A stretch of DNA of 46,621 bases from an uncultured Acidobacteriota bacterium (GTDB taxonomy: Bacteria; Acidobacteriota; UBA6911; RPQK01; JAPXNP01), in assembly GCA_963777605.1 (NCBI GenBank), contig CAVZRV010000009.1, positions 1 to 46,621 of the forward strand, read 5' to 3'. The notes under the pieces are model-generated. The model had not been told where the DNA came from, made no database searches, and saw only the letters and a list, made by a program, of their open reading frames with translations. The position numbers and the translations under genes were made by a program. Below, piece by piece: positions 27,100-36,786 of the stretch (within the stretch, counting starts at the first letter, position 1; each line of letters starts with the position of its first letter).

Positions 27100-29067
27100 A
27101 TGAGCGAGTCAAAGTTCTGGAGAGTCGCGATCAACGTCGTTCGAGTCGTCCCCTGCGGCCTGCTGTTCGTGCTGGCTGGACTCCTCCTTTGCGACCCGCT
27201 TGCCGCTCAGCCTTCGCTGCAGCCGTTGTCCGATTCTTCCTTCTGGAGCTTCGAGCGCTTCCGAGGCGGTGGCCGATCAACGGTTGCCGGGGAGGGAAGT
27301 GATGCAGTTCTCGAGATGTGGTCGGAGGGTCCGGAAGGGATGGCCGCCGAATTCCGGAGCCTTCCCGTTCCGGTGGAGCCCAACCGCAAGTACCGGGTCC
27401 GGATCGAGATCAAAACGAAGGGACTGGAAGCGATCGATGCCGGCCTGACCGGCGCGCCCTATGTGCGATTCTGGGACGGAGAACTGCTTCCCGGCCCGTA
27501 TCAACCTTCCGGGAGTCTCGCTCCGGCGGATTCCGAGTGGCATTCGGTGGAGGCGGTCGTCACGACGCCCGCAACCGCCAGAACCGCCGAGATTCACCTG
27601 GCATATGCGGCCTACGGCACTTACGTAGACGATTTGCGGCCCCGAAACAGCGGCAAGGCCCGCGGGCACCTCTGGGTTCGCCGCGTGAGCATCGAACCGG
27701 AAGAGTTGGTGACACCCCTGCAGTCGACGATTCACGTCTCCGATCCTGTCGTCCAGCAGGCCATCGGCGCGGTTTTTCAGACCCTGCATGACGGTTCCCT
27801 GACGGGACGTTTTGTTGACAGCGACGGCTACACCGATTCCAGCAACATCGTGCCGGACATCAGCTTTGGCCTCTACGGGGTCCGCCGCCAGGGGTACTCC
27901 GAGTACATGGAGACGATGATGCGGCAGTGGGAGGAACTCGGGGAATCGAGCAGTCCGGACGGGAAGATCCCCCAGAGGGTCATGGCGCAGATTCTCTTTC
28001 CCCTCGGGGTTGCGGAGATCTTCTCCTTCACCGGGGATCGGGGTTTTCTTTCCCGGATGCTCCCGATTGCCGACCGGGCCCTCGACTACGTAATCCAGCG
28101 GGGCGACCCGGAGGGCCTGGTCCGGCTGGTGGAGTACGGGCAGTGGAGGATCGGCGAGGGTGCCGACTGGGTGGATTGGTACCCGACCCGGATGGAGGGC
28201 AAGACCTTCAATTTTCACCAGTGGTACGTCTGGTCGCTGCGCCGGATGGCTGCCCTGCACGAAGAGTTTGGGAAGGGCCCGGATCGGATGTCGTGCGCGG
28301 ATCCGGAGCGGGCTTCCCGTTACCGGACGCTGGCGGACCGGATCGAAAGAACACTGCGCACCCGTTATTGGGTCGGAGATCACTTCGTGACCAACGTGGA
28401 TTACGGAGGGAAGGTTGCCGACGAACGCTGGCTCGACGACCACGTCTGGGCCATTCGGCTCGGGACGGCAACCCCCGAACAGGTGCGGGCGATCTGGTCC
28501 TGGATCGACCGGGACCCCTTCTACTACGAGGGTGTCCCGACCCGTTGGGCCGCCTTTCGCGACCCCGTCCATGGACCGCTGTCCTGGTTCGGTCGGCTCG
28601 GCGCAGGCGACATTCTCGCCCGTTACCGAACCGGGAACAGCCAGCGGGGAATCGAGTTGCTGAACCGGATCAGCCAGATCTTTGCGCGCGACCGGAACGT
28701 GTACGAGGCCTACACGATGTGGGGGACGATCGCTCCCGGCACGCTGGGGTGGGGCAATTACACGGAACATGCCGGAGGATACCTCTGGGCGCTGACCGAA
28801 GGACCTTTCGGAATCGTTCTCGAATCGGACGGCGAAGCGCTGGCTACGATCACTCCCCGATTTCCTGGTGCGTGGAGCCATGCCGATACTTCGGTGCAAG
28901 TTCGAGGAACGAAGATTCGCGTCGACTATGACCGGGCGGCAGGCGGGTCGCGGAAGCTCACCATCAAAGGGGACGGCGAGCAACAGCCGATTCGACTTAT
29001 CTTGCCCGGTCGGTCTCCCCGCCTCATTCGGGTCGGTTCCGGGGTTTCGGAATCGGTGGAGTACTGA
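27100..29067 (+). CDS. Secreted protein with CBM-like N-domain and putative (alpha/alpha)6 glycoside hydrolase domain
   Basis: Signal peptide; PVEPNRKYRV..IKT jelly-roll pattern; FTGDRGFL, DWVDW, RYRTLADRI...YW. Confidence 0.6.
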   Translation: MSESKFWRVAINVVRVVPCGLLFVLAGLLLCDPLAAQPSLQPLSDSSFWSFERFRGGGRSTVAGEGSDAVLEMWSEGPEGMAAEFRSLPVPVEPNRKYRVRIEIKTKGLEAIDAGLTGAPYVRFWDGELLPGPYQPSGSLAPADSEWHSVEAVVTTPATARTAEIHLAYAAYGTYVDDLRPRNSGKARGHLWVRRVSIEPEELVTPLQSTIHVSDPVVQQAIGAVFQTLHDGSLTGRFVDSDGYTDSSNIVPDISFGLYGVRRQGYSEYMETMMRQWEELGESSSPDGKIPQRVMAQILFPLGVAEIFSFTGDRGFLSRMLPIADRALDYVIQRGDPEGLVRLVEYGQWRIGEGADWVDWYPTRMEGKTFNFHQWYVWSLRRMAALHEEFGKGPDRMSCADPERASRYRTLADRIERTLRTRYWVGDHFVTNVDYGGKVADERWLDDHVWAIRLGTATPEQVRAIWSWIDRDPFYYEGVPTRWAAFRDPVHGPLSWFGRLGAGDILARYRTGNSQRGIELLNRISQIFARDRNVYEAYTMWGTIAPGTLGWGNYTEHAGGYLWALTEGPFGIVLESDGEALATITPRFPGAWSHADTSVQVRGTKIRVDYDRAAGGSRKLTIKGDGEQQPIRLILPGRSPRLIRVGSGVSESVEY

Positions 29068-29197
29068 CGGAAGAACTTCGGTTTGCGCCCCCCCGGAATA
29101 GGACCTGGTCCGGACTCTGCAGCAGGTGTTGCGTTGTTCTCCCCGACGGCGCAGGATTGGAATGACCGGTTCAAGTAACGGACAGCTGGAAGGCACC

Positions 29198-29482
29198 ATG
29201 AGATTTCTACACCTCGTCTCCGCAGTACTCCTCCTCTCGTTCGGCGGTTCGCTCAGCGCGGGAGTCGTAGACCTGACGCCCAATTGGGACCGCGAGACCG
29301 TGCTGTCGAACCCGGACAAGGGCTGGTATCACCACTACTACGACAACGGACTCGAGAAGTACCTGCTCACGAGTGACTCTGACCTGGAAGCAATCCCCGG
29401 GATGGACCATCTCTACATGCGCCTCGCCTGGAGTTTCCTCGAGCCGAAGGAGGGAGAGTTCGACTGGTCGGTCATCGACTGA
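29198..29482 (+). pseudogene. 3'-truncated secreted GH-like protein (DUF4832/beta-galactosidase-type N-terminus)
   Basis: Signal peptide, LSNPDKGW, YMRLAWSFLEPKEGEFDWSVID*, then no continuation and only ~160 bp to the next gene. Confidence 0.7.
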
Positions 29483-29639
29483 ACGTCGCCGGCCGGCTCG
29501 AGGCCCGATAAGATCCGCAGTTGTTTTCACTAACCCGGTGGCGGCCGGCAAGAAGGGCCGGGCCGCGGGCGGAAACGCCCTTGCCGGTAGCAACGGAATC
29601 ATTGTCGTGGATGGGACTTCCAGCAGGTGATTGCGGAGG

Positions 29640-30191
29640 TCACATCTGCGGGCTCGATTCGGGATCGGGATTTCCGAAGTGCAGCTCCAGGACTCGTCCC
29701 CGGCCGGGCGCTGTCATTTGCAGGATGTAGAGGCGCGAATATTCGTTGTGTCCGAGTGGCGACACCTGCGTGCCGGTGAGGCGTTCAACCAGCTGGGGAA
29801 TCCGGTCGGAGTGGGACGCAACCACAACGACTCCACCCGCAGTTTGCGTCCTGATCCTCTCGACCAGTTCATCCAACGACTCCGCCGGAAGAATGTTGAT
29901 CGGGAGGCCGACTTCGTTGGCCAGGGGCCGCAGCGTCTGCTGGGTTCGCTTGTATTCCGTTGCGTAGAGGGCATCGGGATGACTGTCCACCAGCATCCGT
30001 GCGAGCAGGTCGGCGCGGTCCCGACCGGCGGGACTGAGTTCCGAGTCAGCGCTGTTGTCGGCCCGCTCGGCGTGACGCAGGAGGATTACGGTGGTCGACT
30101 CAATACTCGGGTTGGATACCTTGGAACCCTTACCGAACGCCGGAGGGCACAGGATAAGAAGTAAGAGAAAGACCTTGGCGAGTTGTTTCAT
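29640..30191 (-). CDS. Secreted histidine phosphatase family protein (SixA/PGM-like)
   Basis: ILLRHAE, LSPAG..RA, RTQQT, VASHS; signal peptide. Confidence 0.88.
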   Translation of the reverse strand: MKQLAKVFLLLLILCPPAFGKGSKVSNPSIESTTVILLRHAERADNSADSELSPAGRDRADLLARMLVDSHPDALYATEYKRTQQTLRPLANEVGLPINILPAESLDELVERIRTQTAGGVVVVASHSDRIPQLVERLTGTQVSPLGHNEYSRLYILQMTAPGRGRVLELHFGNPDPESSPQM

Positions 30192-30282
30192 GGCTGCTTC
30201 AAGAAATAGCACAAGCTGCACCGTTGTTGTTGGGCTTTCCTCTCAGCTTGAGGGATCTCCGATTTGTGTCGATAACAGAAGC

Positions 30283-32328
30283 ATGAGTCGAATGTGCAAC
30301 TGTTCTCCCCATGCCGGGCCGCTGCACCAGGCCATCGCCAGGGGCAACCTCGAGGAGGTTCGCCGCCTGCTTGAAGTGGCTGAACCCGGGAGCTACACCC
30401 AGCACAACCTGGATCAGGGGTTGATGATTGCGAGCCTCAACGGAAACCGCGACTGTTCGGCTCTGCTGCTGGACTGCGGTGCCCGGGTTGAGTCGCGCAG
30501 CGACGAACTCTGGACACCGCTCATGCACGCGGCTCGTGGCGGAGATCCGGGTACCGTCACGCTTCTCCTGGAACGGGGCGCAGACGTTGGATTAGTCAAC
30601 AACTATGGCCGGACCGCATTGATTGAGGCAGCCTGGGCCGGTCACGCCGATGCCGTCGACCTGCTCATCTCGGCCGGTTCGGCTCTTGACTTGCAACCGT
30701 CCGGCGTCGGAGGGCCGGCTCTGGCCGAGGCGATGTGGAACAACTACCCCGAGGTCGTCCAACTCCTTCTCGATGCCGGAGCAAACCCGCTTTTTCAGTT
30801 GGAAGGGCGGGCCGATCCGTTAACCTGGGCAGCGACGAAAGGTTACCAGCAAATCGTCGGCCAACTCCTGGAACTGGGACTCGACCCGCGAGGGCGTGGG
30901 CCGGGAGGAGAGGGCCCACTGCTGGGTGCCGTCCGGCGGGGGCATCTTGAGGTCGCTCGAATGCTTCTGGAACGGGGCGCGGAAATCAACGTCCAAAACA
31001 GCTCCGGGACCACGGCCCTGATTGCGTCGAGTAGCCAGTCTCCAGAACTGGTCAAGCTGCTGCTGGATTGGGGAGCCGATCTCTCGCTTTGCGACGAGCA
31101 CGGCAAGACCGCTCTGTGTGAGGCCGCTTCATCGGGAAACCTGGCGGTGGTTCGCCGGTTAGCCCTGTCGGAGGGTTCTCCGAGTTCTCTGCCTCCCGGG
31201 ACAGGGTCCCCTCTCGAGTGTGCCGCGCGCCATGCTCACCTGGAAGTCATGGAATGGCTGCTTGGGAACCTGGATCTGGATGTGAACCACCAGTCGGACA
31301 GGGGATGGACGTCCTTGATGACCGCAGCACAGAATGGCCACGCCGCAGCTGTCACCTTGTTGCTTCGACACGGCGCTGACCCGTCTCTGTCGAATCGACG
31401 GGGAGAAAACGCAGCTGTGCTGGCTGCATCGTCCGGCGTGACGGACGTGCTTCAACAGCTTGCCGACGCCGGAGTCGATGTCGCTGCACCGAGCCTGAAT
31501 GGTAACTCGACGCTGTGCGCGGCAATTCGGGGAGAACGGGTTTTCGCCGGCAGGGGCAATCGGCTTGCGACAGTCCGCTGGCTCCTCGACCGGGGCGTTG
31601 GAACCAACCGCTTCACCTTCGGACGCTCCCCCCTTATGGAGGCGCTCCTTACCGGATGCATTGACCTGGTAGAGGAACTGATCGCGAGAGGAGCTGACGT
31701 CAACCTGGTCAATGAGCGAGGCCAAACAGCCCTCCACGTTGCCGCCGGAGAAGGGCAGGAGAATGAGCGCCGGCCTCAACCGACCAGCAGAAAGCGGGAT
31801 CGCATGGCTGTCCTGATTGACCTCCTGCTCGAGGCGGGTGCCGACCCGGCCCCAGGAGGAGGCACCGGAATTCTGGCACTGGCGGCCGGAAACCGGTGTC
31901 CGGAAGTTGTCCGGCGACTGCTGGACGAGGGAGTGCCGGTCGATCCGCCACTGCAAGAGAATGCTTGGACCCCACTGATGGCCGGAGTCGGTTCGGTCCG
32001 AATTCTTCGACACCTTCTGCGACGCGGAGCTGACCCGAACCGACGCGACCCGGCCGGCGGGACGGCCCTCCATGCTGCAGTCAGACGGTGGGTTCCGGTC
32101 GTAAAGGCCCTCCGGACTCTCGTTCGAGCCGGCGCAGAGGTTAATGCTGCCGACGACGCGGGGACCACACCGCTTCTGGCTGCTGCGGCCACTGGAGTGA
32201 TGGAAAATGTTCGAGAACTCCTCAGTTTTGGTGCCGATCGAGGGATTCTGGACGGCCAGGGAAGGGGGGCGGTCGAGATCGCGAACGCCTCAGGAAACCG
32301 GGAAATCGTGAAACTCCTCCAGGGTTGA
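30283..32328 (+). CDS. Ankyrin repeat protein (~20 repeats)
   Basis: Repeated TPL/TAL..AA..G...V.LLL..GA units across the whole protein. Confidence 0.9.
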   Translation: MSRMCNCSPHAGPLHQAIARGNLEEVRRLLEVAEPGSYTQHNLDQGLMIASLNGNRDCSALLLDCGARVESRSDELWTPLMHAARGGDPGTVTLLLERGADVGLVNNYGRTALIEAAWAGHADAVDLLISAGSALDLQPSGVGGPALAEAMWNNYPEVVQLLLDAGANPLFQLEGRADPLTWAATKGYQQIVGQLLELGLDPRGRGPGGEGPLLGAVRRGHLEVARMLLERGAEINVQNSSGTTALIASSSQSPELVKLLLDWGADLSLCDEHGKTALCEAASSGNLAVVRRLALSEGSPSSLPPGTGSPLECAARHAHLEVMEWLLGNLDLDVNHQSDRGWTSLMTAAQNGHAAAVTLLLRHGADPSLSNRRGENAAVLAASSGVTDVLQQLADAGVDVAAPSLNGNSTLCAAIRGERVFAGRGNRLATVRWLLDRGVGTNRFTFGRSPLMEALLTGCIDLVEELIARGADVNLVNERGQTALHVAAGEGQENERRPQPTSRKRDRMAVLIDLLLEAGADPAPGGGTGILALAAGNRCPEVVRRLLDEGVPVDPPLQENAWTPLMAGVGSVRILRHLLRRGADPNRRDPAGGTALHAAVRRWVPVVKALRTLVRAGAEVNAADDAGTTPLLAAAATGVMENVRELLSFGADRGILDGQGRGAVEIANASGNREIVKLLQG

Positions 32329-32405
32329 CTGGATCGGCCGGACCGTTTCCACAGTCGCAAGGTTCGAAGTGATCAGACTCGGTCTCACCGATCGTGCAAG
32401 CAGGC

Positions 32406-33338
32406 TCAAAGCCGTTTGATGATGACGCAACTGACGTCGTCTTCGGGGGGACCGAAGCGCAGGAGGTCGTCCATGATCGCCTGGTAGATCTCCCCGGCAC
32501 TGTGGTCTTTGAACTCGCGAAGGCGGTTCTCCAACTGGGAAGGAAAGTAGTCTTCCTCACCGTTGTTGTGTTCAGCGAGACCATCGGTGAAGAGGATCAA
32601 GATGTCCCCGTGGGCCATCAGGCTGATCTCATTGAGTTGGTATCCCGGTTTCGGGGGGAGCGGGCTATGGACAGTCCCGCGGTCGATGTCCTTCAGGGAA
32701 GGCATCAAGCCGATGGGTGGGAAGGTCACCAGGGACTTTGCGGCGATGTCCACGATCCTATCGAACTCCCGGGAGAACACCACCGGGATCGGGCTGGCTG
32801 CCGAAATGAACCGGAATGTGCCTGAATCGGAGATTTCACCGTAAAGCAGGCTCAAATACCGACCTACTGCGGAGGATCGAAAAAACCGATTGTTGAGATT
32901 CTCGAAGAGCTTTGTCGTGATCCTTCCAAACGCGTCCAGTTCGTACATCGCCCCTATCAGAAAGGACTGGTGCAACATCAAGGCAACCAGACCGTCGGTG
33001 ATTCGGTGTCCGGAAACGTCGGCGATCGCGATCCCCGCCTTCGTCTTGCATTCGGCCAGGCTTGCCTCGATCTCGGAATCCTGGACCGCCTGGGCACGCC
33101 GGATACGCGCGTCCAGGTCGTAGCGGCGGTTGAAATCCATGTAGATGATGTGGTCGCCCCCGATCACTCCCTGCAGGGGAACGGTGCCGCCGTAGATCTC
33201 GATCCCCTCCAGAATGGGAATGTCCCCCGGCGAGGGCACGAGATGCGCCGCAATGTCCTGAAAATGCTGCAGTTCGGAGCTTCGTTCGCGCTCGGTTTCT
33301 TTCTTTTCCTGAAGGTCGTCGCGGCTGCCATTCATCAA
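32406..33338 (-). CDS. PP2C/SpoIIE-family (RsbU-like) phosphatase
   Basis: IGGD, IADVSGH, LFTDGLAE, EDDVS. Confidence 0.9.
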   Translation of the reverse strand: MMNGSRDDLQEKKETERERSSELQHFQDIAAHLVPSPGDIPILEGIEIYGGTVPLQGVIGGDHIIYMDFNRRYDLDARIRRAQAVQDSEIEASLAECKTKAGIAIADVSGHRITDGLVALMLHQSFLIGAMYELDAFGRITTKLFENLNNRFFRSSAVGRYLSLLYGEISDSGTFRFISAASPIPVVFSREFDRIVDIAAKSLVTFPPIGLMPSLKDIDRGTVHSPLPPKPGYQLNEISLMAHGDILILFTDGLAEHNNGEEDYFPSQLENRLREFKDHSAGEIYQAIMDDLLRFGPPEDDVSCVIIKRL

Positions 33339-33470
33339 CTGTCTCCAAAATAAGCCTGGTTGCCTTCCGTCCTGGCTTCCGACAGGCTCTCATTGTACCT
33401 GTCGAGCGTTCGCCGGCAAACAGTATCCAGGGACGGCCTGTCCGGCTCAGGACCTTTCCCGCGCCCTCCG

Positions 33471-33770
33471 CGGATCATTCAGAGAGTGAAACTGCCCCTG
33501 GCTGTTTTGAACCGCGAAGGCACCAAGGCGCGAAGAAATCTTTTGCCTTCAACAATATGATTCCTGGCGACCTTCGCGCCTTTGCGATGAAAATTGAAGC
33601 CTCCAAGAATGAAGTGTCAGGTTAGCCCTGCCCCCGGCGGCGCCGGACCATTCAAAGAGTGAAACTGGGTCCGCGAACCCGGGGGCGCGGCTTCGCCTTA
33701 CCCCCGGCTCTGTGTCCGTGCCATTCGACGATTCAAGTCGACCCAGTGTCCCAGTTTCAGGTGAAGTTTC
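33471..33770. repeat. Composite repeat region: MITE copy B (33507-33602) between 24-bp direct repeats, plus an IR-bounded hairpin
   Basis: 33471-33494 vs 33644-33667 match at 22/24; tgaaactgggtc ... gacccagtgtcccagtttca encloses ccggggg...cccccgg. Confidence 0.65.
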
Positions 33771-33773
33771 AGC

Positions 33774-36572
33774 TCAGCAGTCGAGTATGTCGCGGACTTT
33801 TTGGCCGAACCCCTTCATCGAGAACGGCTTCTGAAGGAAGTGATTACTTTCTCCTGGGACGCCCTGGTGGACTACAACGTTGGCAGTGTATCCAGAGACA
33901 AAGAGGTGCTTCAGATCGGAGCGGCTCGCCGAAAGTCTCTGGGACAAATCCTTGCCGTTCATTTCCGGCATCACGACGTCGGTAATCAGGAGGTCGATCC
34001 TGTCGGGGAAATTTCTGGACATTTCGAGTGCTTCCGCTGGGCTTCGGGTTTTCAGTACGGTATAACCCAGGCTTTCCAGGATGCGGACCTCCAGTTGGAG
34101 GATGGATTGTTCGTCCTCCACCAAAAGAATGGTTTCGGTCCCGCAAACGTCTCGTTCTGGTTCGGAGGAAGCTGGCCCGGCGGTCTGCACCGCCTTGCAC
34201 GAAGGGAGATAAATCTTGAATGTCGTTCCCTGGTCAGGTTCGCTGTAGACATTGATCGACCCGCGATTCTGCTTGACGATACCAAGGACGGTGGCCAGTC
34301 CAAGTCCGGTCCCCTGACCTGGGCCTTTGGTGGTGAAGAAGGGTTCGAAAACGCTCGGCAGGGCCTCCTTCGGAATCCCGCGGCCGCTATCGCTCACCGC
34401 CAGCAGGACATACTTGCCGGGAGTGAGTCCGGCGTGGTTGCGGCAGTATTCTTCGTCGAGATCCACGTTTTGGGTCTCAATCGTCAGTTTGCCGACTCCC
34501 GGCATTGCGTCGCGGGCGTTTGTGGCCAGATTGGCCAGAATCTGATCGACCTGAGACGGATCAATGTAAACAGGATGCAATCCCGTCTGCGGGTGCCAAA
34601 TGAGATCGATGTCCTCTCCGATCAGGCGTCGCAGCATTTTCAGGATCCCGTCGATGGACTCGTTCAGATTCAGGACACGGGGGCTGGCAACCTGTTTTCG
34701 GGCAAAAGCCAGCAGCTGTTTCGTGATTGCCGTGGACCGTTCGGCGGCCGCCCGGATCTCGGCGAGGTCTTCGTGAATCGGTAGATCAGGGGGGACTTGC
34801 TCGAGGGCAAAATCACAGTGGCCCAGAATCACCGAAAGCATGTTATTGAAATCGTGGGCTACCCCACCGGCGAGACGGCCAATCGATTCCAACTTCTGGG
34901 CTTGAACGAGCTGAGACTGAATCTTCTCATTTTCCTCCTCGGCCCGCTTTCGCAGCAGGATCTCGATGGCAAACTGGGTAAGTCTTTCCAACGCGGAAAC
35001 GTCGGAGTCGTCGTAGGGAGTCTTCTTATTGGCGACGCCGATAATGGCCACAACCTGGTCGCCATGGGAGAGTGGCATGACCAGTTCGCGAATGATGGGA
35101 GGATGACCCTGGGGAAGGTTCCGCCTGTTCTCGAGCGCGGCATAGTCATTGTGTATGACAACTTCCCCGGTTCGCAGGCAGCCTGCCCAGGCGCCAGCCT
35201 CGTCAAGCCGGTAGTGAGTGGAGTTGTCGGAAGCTTCGCAGACCTCGAGGGTCTTGGTGGACCACTGCTGCAGAACAAGCGTTTTCTGGTCCTCATCCAC
35301 GAAATGGAAAAAGCCCAAAACGCTTGCGGTTACCGATTCAGCCTGGTCGAGAAGCACTCGCATCAGATCGTCCAGTGAAAGGGTTGCCGCTCTTTCAGCA
35401 ATTGCGAGACGGGCTTTCTGGACCAGGTCTTGGCGGACGATTGTAGTCACATCGTGCATGAACCCGACCGCCAGGGGTTCCGAGTTGTTCTCCTGAACAA
35501 TCTTCATGTTCTGATGGATGACCAGGGATGATCCATCTGGACGGACGACTCGAAGCAGGCAGTCGTGGTCCTGGTACTGATTGGTGGCTTCCAGGCAGGC
35601 AAGCAATTTGGTTCCCCGGTCGTCGGGATGGACCAGGTTCGCCCAGTCGGCACCGGTCTGGAGCGACGATGGATCCATGCCGAAGATTTGTTGAAACTGT
35701 TCTCCCACGTAGGTGAAGCGGTTCCGTGAAGGTGAGTACTCAAACGGCACGGCATCGGCAGCTTCCAGGAGTTTGCGGAAGTGTGCCTCTTTGGTTGAGA
35801 GCGCTGCCGTCTTCTCCCGAACCGCATAATTCAACGAACGGTTGAAGACGAACAGAAAGCTCATGACCCCGAATCCGACGAGCGCCGCCAGGGATGCTAT
35901 CCATGCGGTGTACTCTTCTCTTTCAATAGGAACCCGAAGTGACTCGATCGCCCTCAGCGTCCCGGCTTTCTCACCGAATCCCCCCTGGCCCGGATAGCGG
36001 ACCTGCAGTCCGGCGGGCGCATCCTTGCGGTCACCGTGGCAAACAAGACAGGCCTGATCCGTCCGCAGGAACGGCATCGCAACCACAAGGTAGGTCTTGC
36101 CGTCGATCTCGTTCAGTTCGCGGTATTCTTCTATCTCGGGGTTCTTCCGGAAATACTGCAGGATCCTAAGTTCTTCAGCATCCGCCCGGTTCACCGGGTT
36201 TCGCGGATTGTCCGAAGCCATTTTGTAGTAGACGGGCGGGAGTCCGGCCTTCACCCGTTCCTCGTTGTAGTAGCCGTGCAGGACCCGAACCATGAACGAT
36301 GAAGACAGGATCTCGGGTGCATAGTAGTTCTCCGAGATCTCGCTCCCGTCTCGAGCCCGGTAGAATTCCGGATGCATGGTCCGCTGGATGTAGTGATGGA
36401 CCCCGCGATGTGAGAGCAACACATCCCGAACGTTCTTGGTGGCCTGATCGATAACGTACTTTTCGAAGGAGTAATAGGTCAGCCACCCCGCTCCTGCCGC
36501 GAAAACGACTGGGAGCAGCAGCCAGCGCAGGCGATGGATCAGCTTGGGGGCAAGACTATGAGCGCCGGGCAT
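33774..36572 (-). CDS. Hybrid sensor histidine kinase (DUF3365 heme-c sensor, PAS, GAF, HisKA, HATPase, REC)
   Basis: NPRNPVNRAD and CLVCH in the periplasmic domain; AHDFNN; FFTTK..GTGLGL; LLVEDE, LLITD, FLQKP. Confidence 0.92.
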   Translation of the reverse strand: MPGAHSLAPKLIHRLRWLLLPVVFAAGAGWLTYYSFEKYVIDQATKNVRDVLLSHRGVHHYIQRTMHPEFYRARDGSEISENYYAPEILSSSFMVRVLHGYYNEERVKAGLPPVYYKMASDNPRNPVNRADAEELRILQYFRKNPEIEEYRELNEIDGKTYLVVAMPFLRTDQACLVCHGDRKDAPAGLQVRYPGQGGFGEKAGTLRAIESLRVPIEREEYTAWIASLAALVGFGVMSFLFVFNRSLNYAVREKTAALSTKEAHFRKLLEAADAVPFEYSPSRNRFTYVGEQFQQIFGMDPSSLQTGADWANLVHPDDRGTKLLACLEATNQYQDHDCLLRVVRPDGSSLVIHQNMKIVQENNSEPLAVGFMHDVTTIVRQDLVQKARLAIAERAATLSLDDLMRVLLDQAESVTASVLGFFHFVDEDQKTLVLQQWSTKTLEVCEASDNSTHYRLDEAGAWAGCLRTGEVVIHNDYAALENRRNLPQGHPPIIRELVMPLSHGDQVVAIIGVANKKTPYDDSDVSALERLTQFAIEILLRKRAEEENEKIQSQLVQAQKLESIGRLAGGVAHDFNNMLSVILGHCDFALEQVPPDLPIHEDLAEIRAAAERSTAITKQLLAFARKQVASPRVLNLNESIDGILKMLRRLIGEDIDLIWHPQTGLHPVYIDPSQVDQILANLATNARDAMPGVGKLTIETQNVDLDEEYCRNHAGLTPGKYVLLAVSDSGRGIPKEALPSVFEPFFTTKGPGQGTGLGLATVLGIVKQNRGSINVYSEPDQGTTFKIYLPSCKAVQTAGPASSEPERDVCGTETILLVEDEQSILQLEVRILESLGYTVLKTRSPAEALEMSRNFPDRIDLLITDVVMPEMNGKDLSQRLSASRSDLKHLFVSGYTANVVVHQGVPGESNHFLQKPFSMKGFGQKVRDILDC

Positions 36573-36786
36573 TCCGGTGTTCCATTCTGTTTCTTCTGTT
36601 AACTGGCGTTCGAGAGCCTGCAGTCCGCTTCTGCGGATCAGCTCTCAACGGGACCGCCCCTCAAATCACAAGCCTGGCGGTCCGACAAGACTTTGTCCTG
36701 TCGGCGGACACGACCTCGACCTGCTCTACAGAGACCGGCCGGCCTTTTACCCCACTTCTCTTATATCGCCGAAATTCGGTTGGTAA

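Noticed and set aside
25270-29319. Long antisense ORFs (581 aa and 680 aa; also 17719-19230, 15465-16505, 20413-21915)
   Set aside because: Shadow frames of high-GC genes, with no motifs and fully overlapping well-supported CDSs
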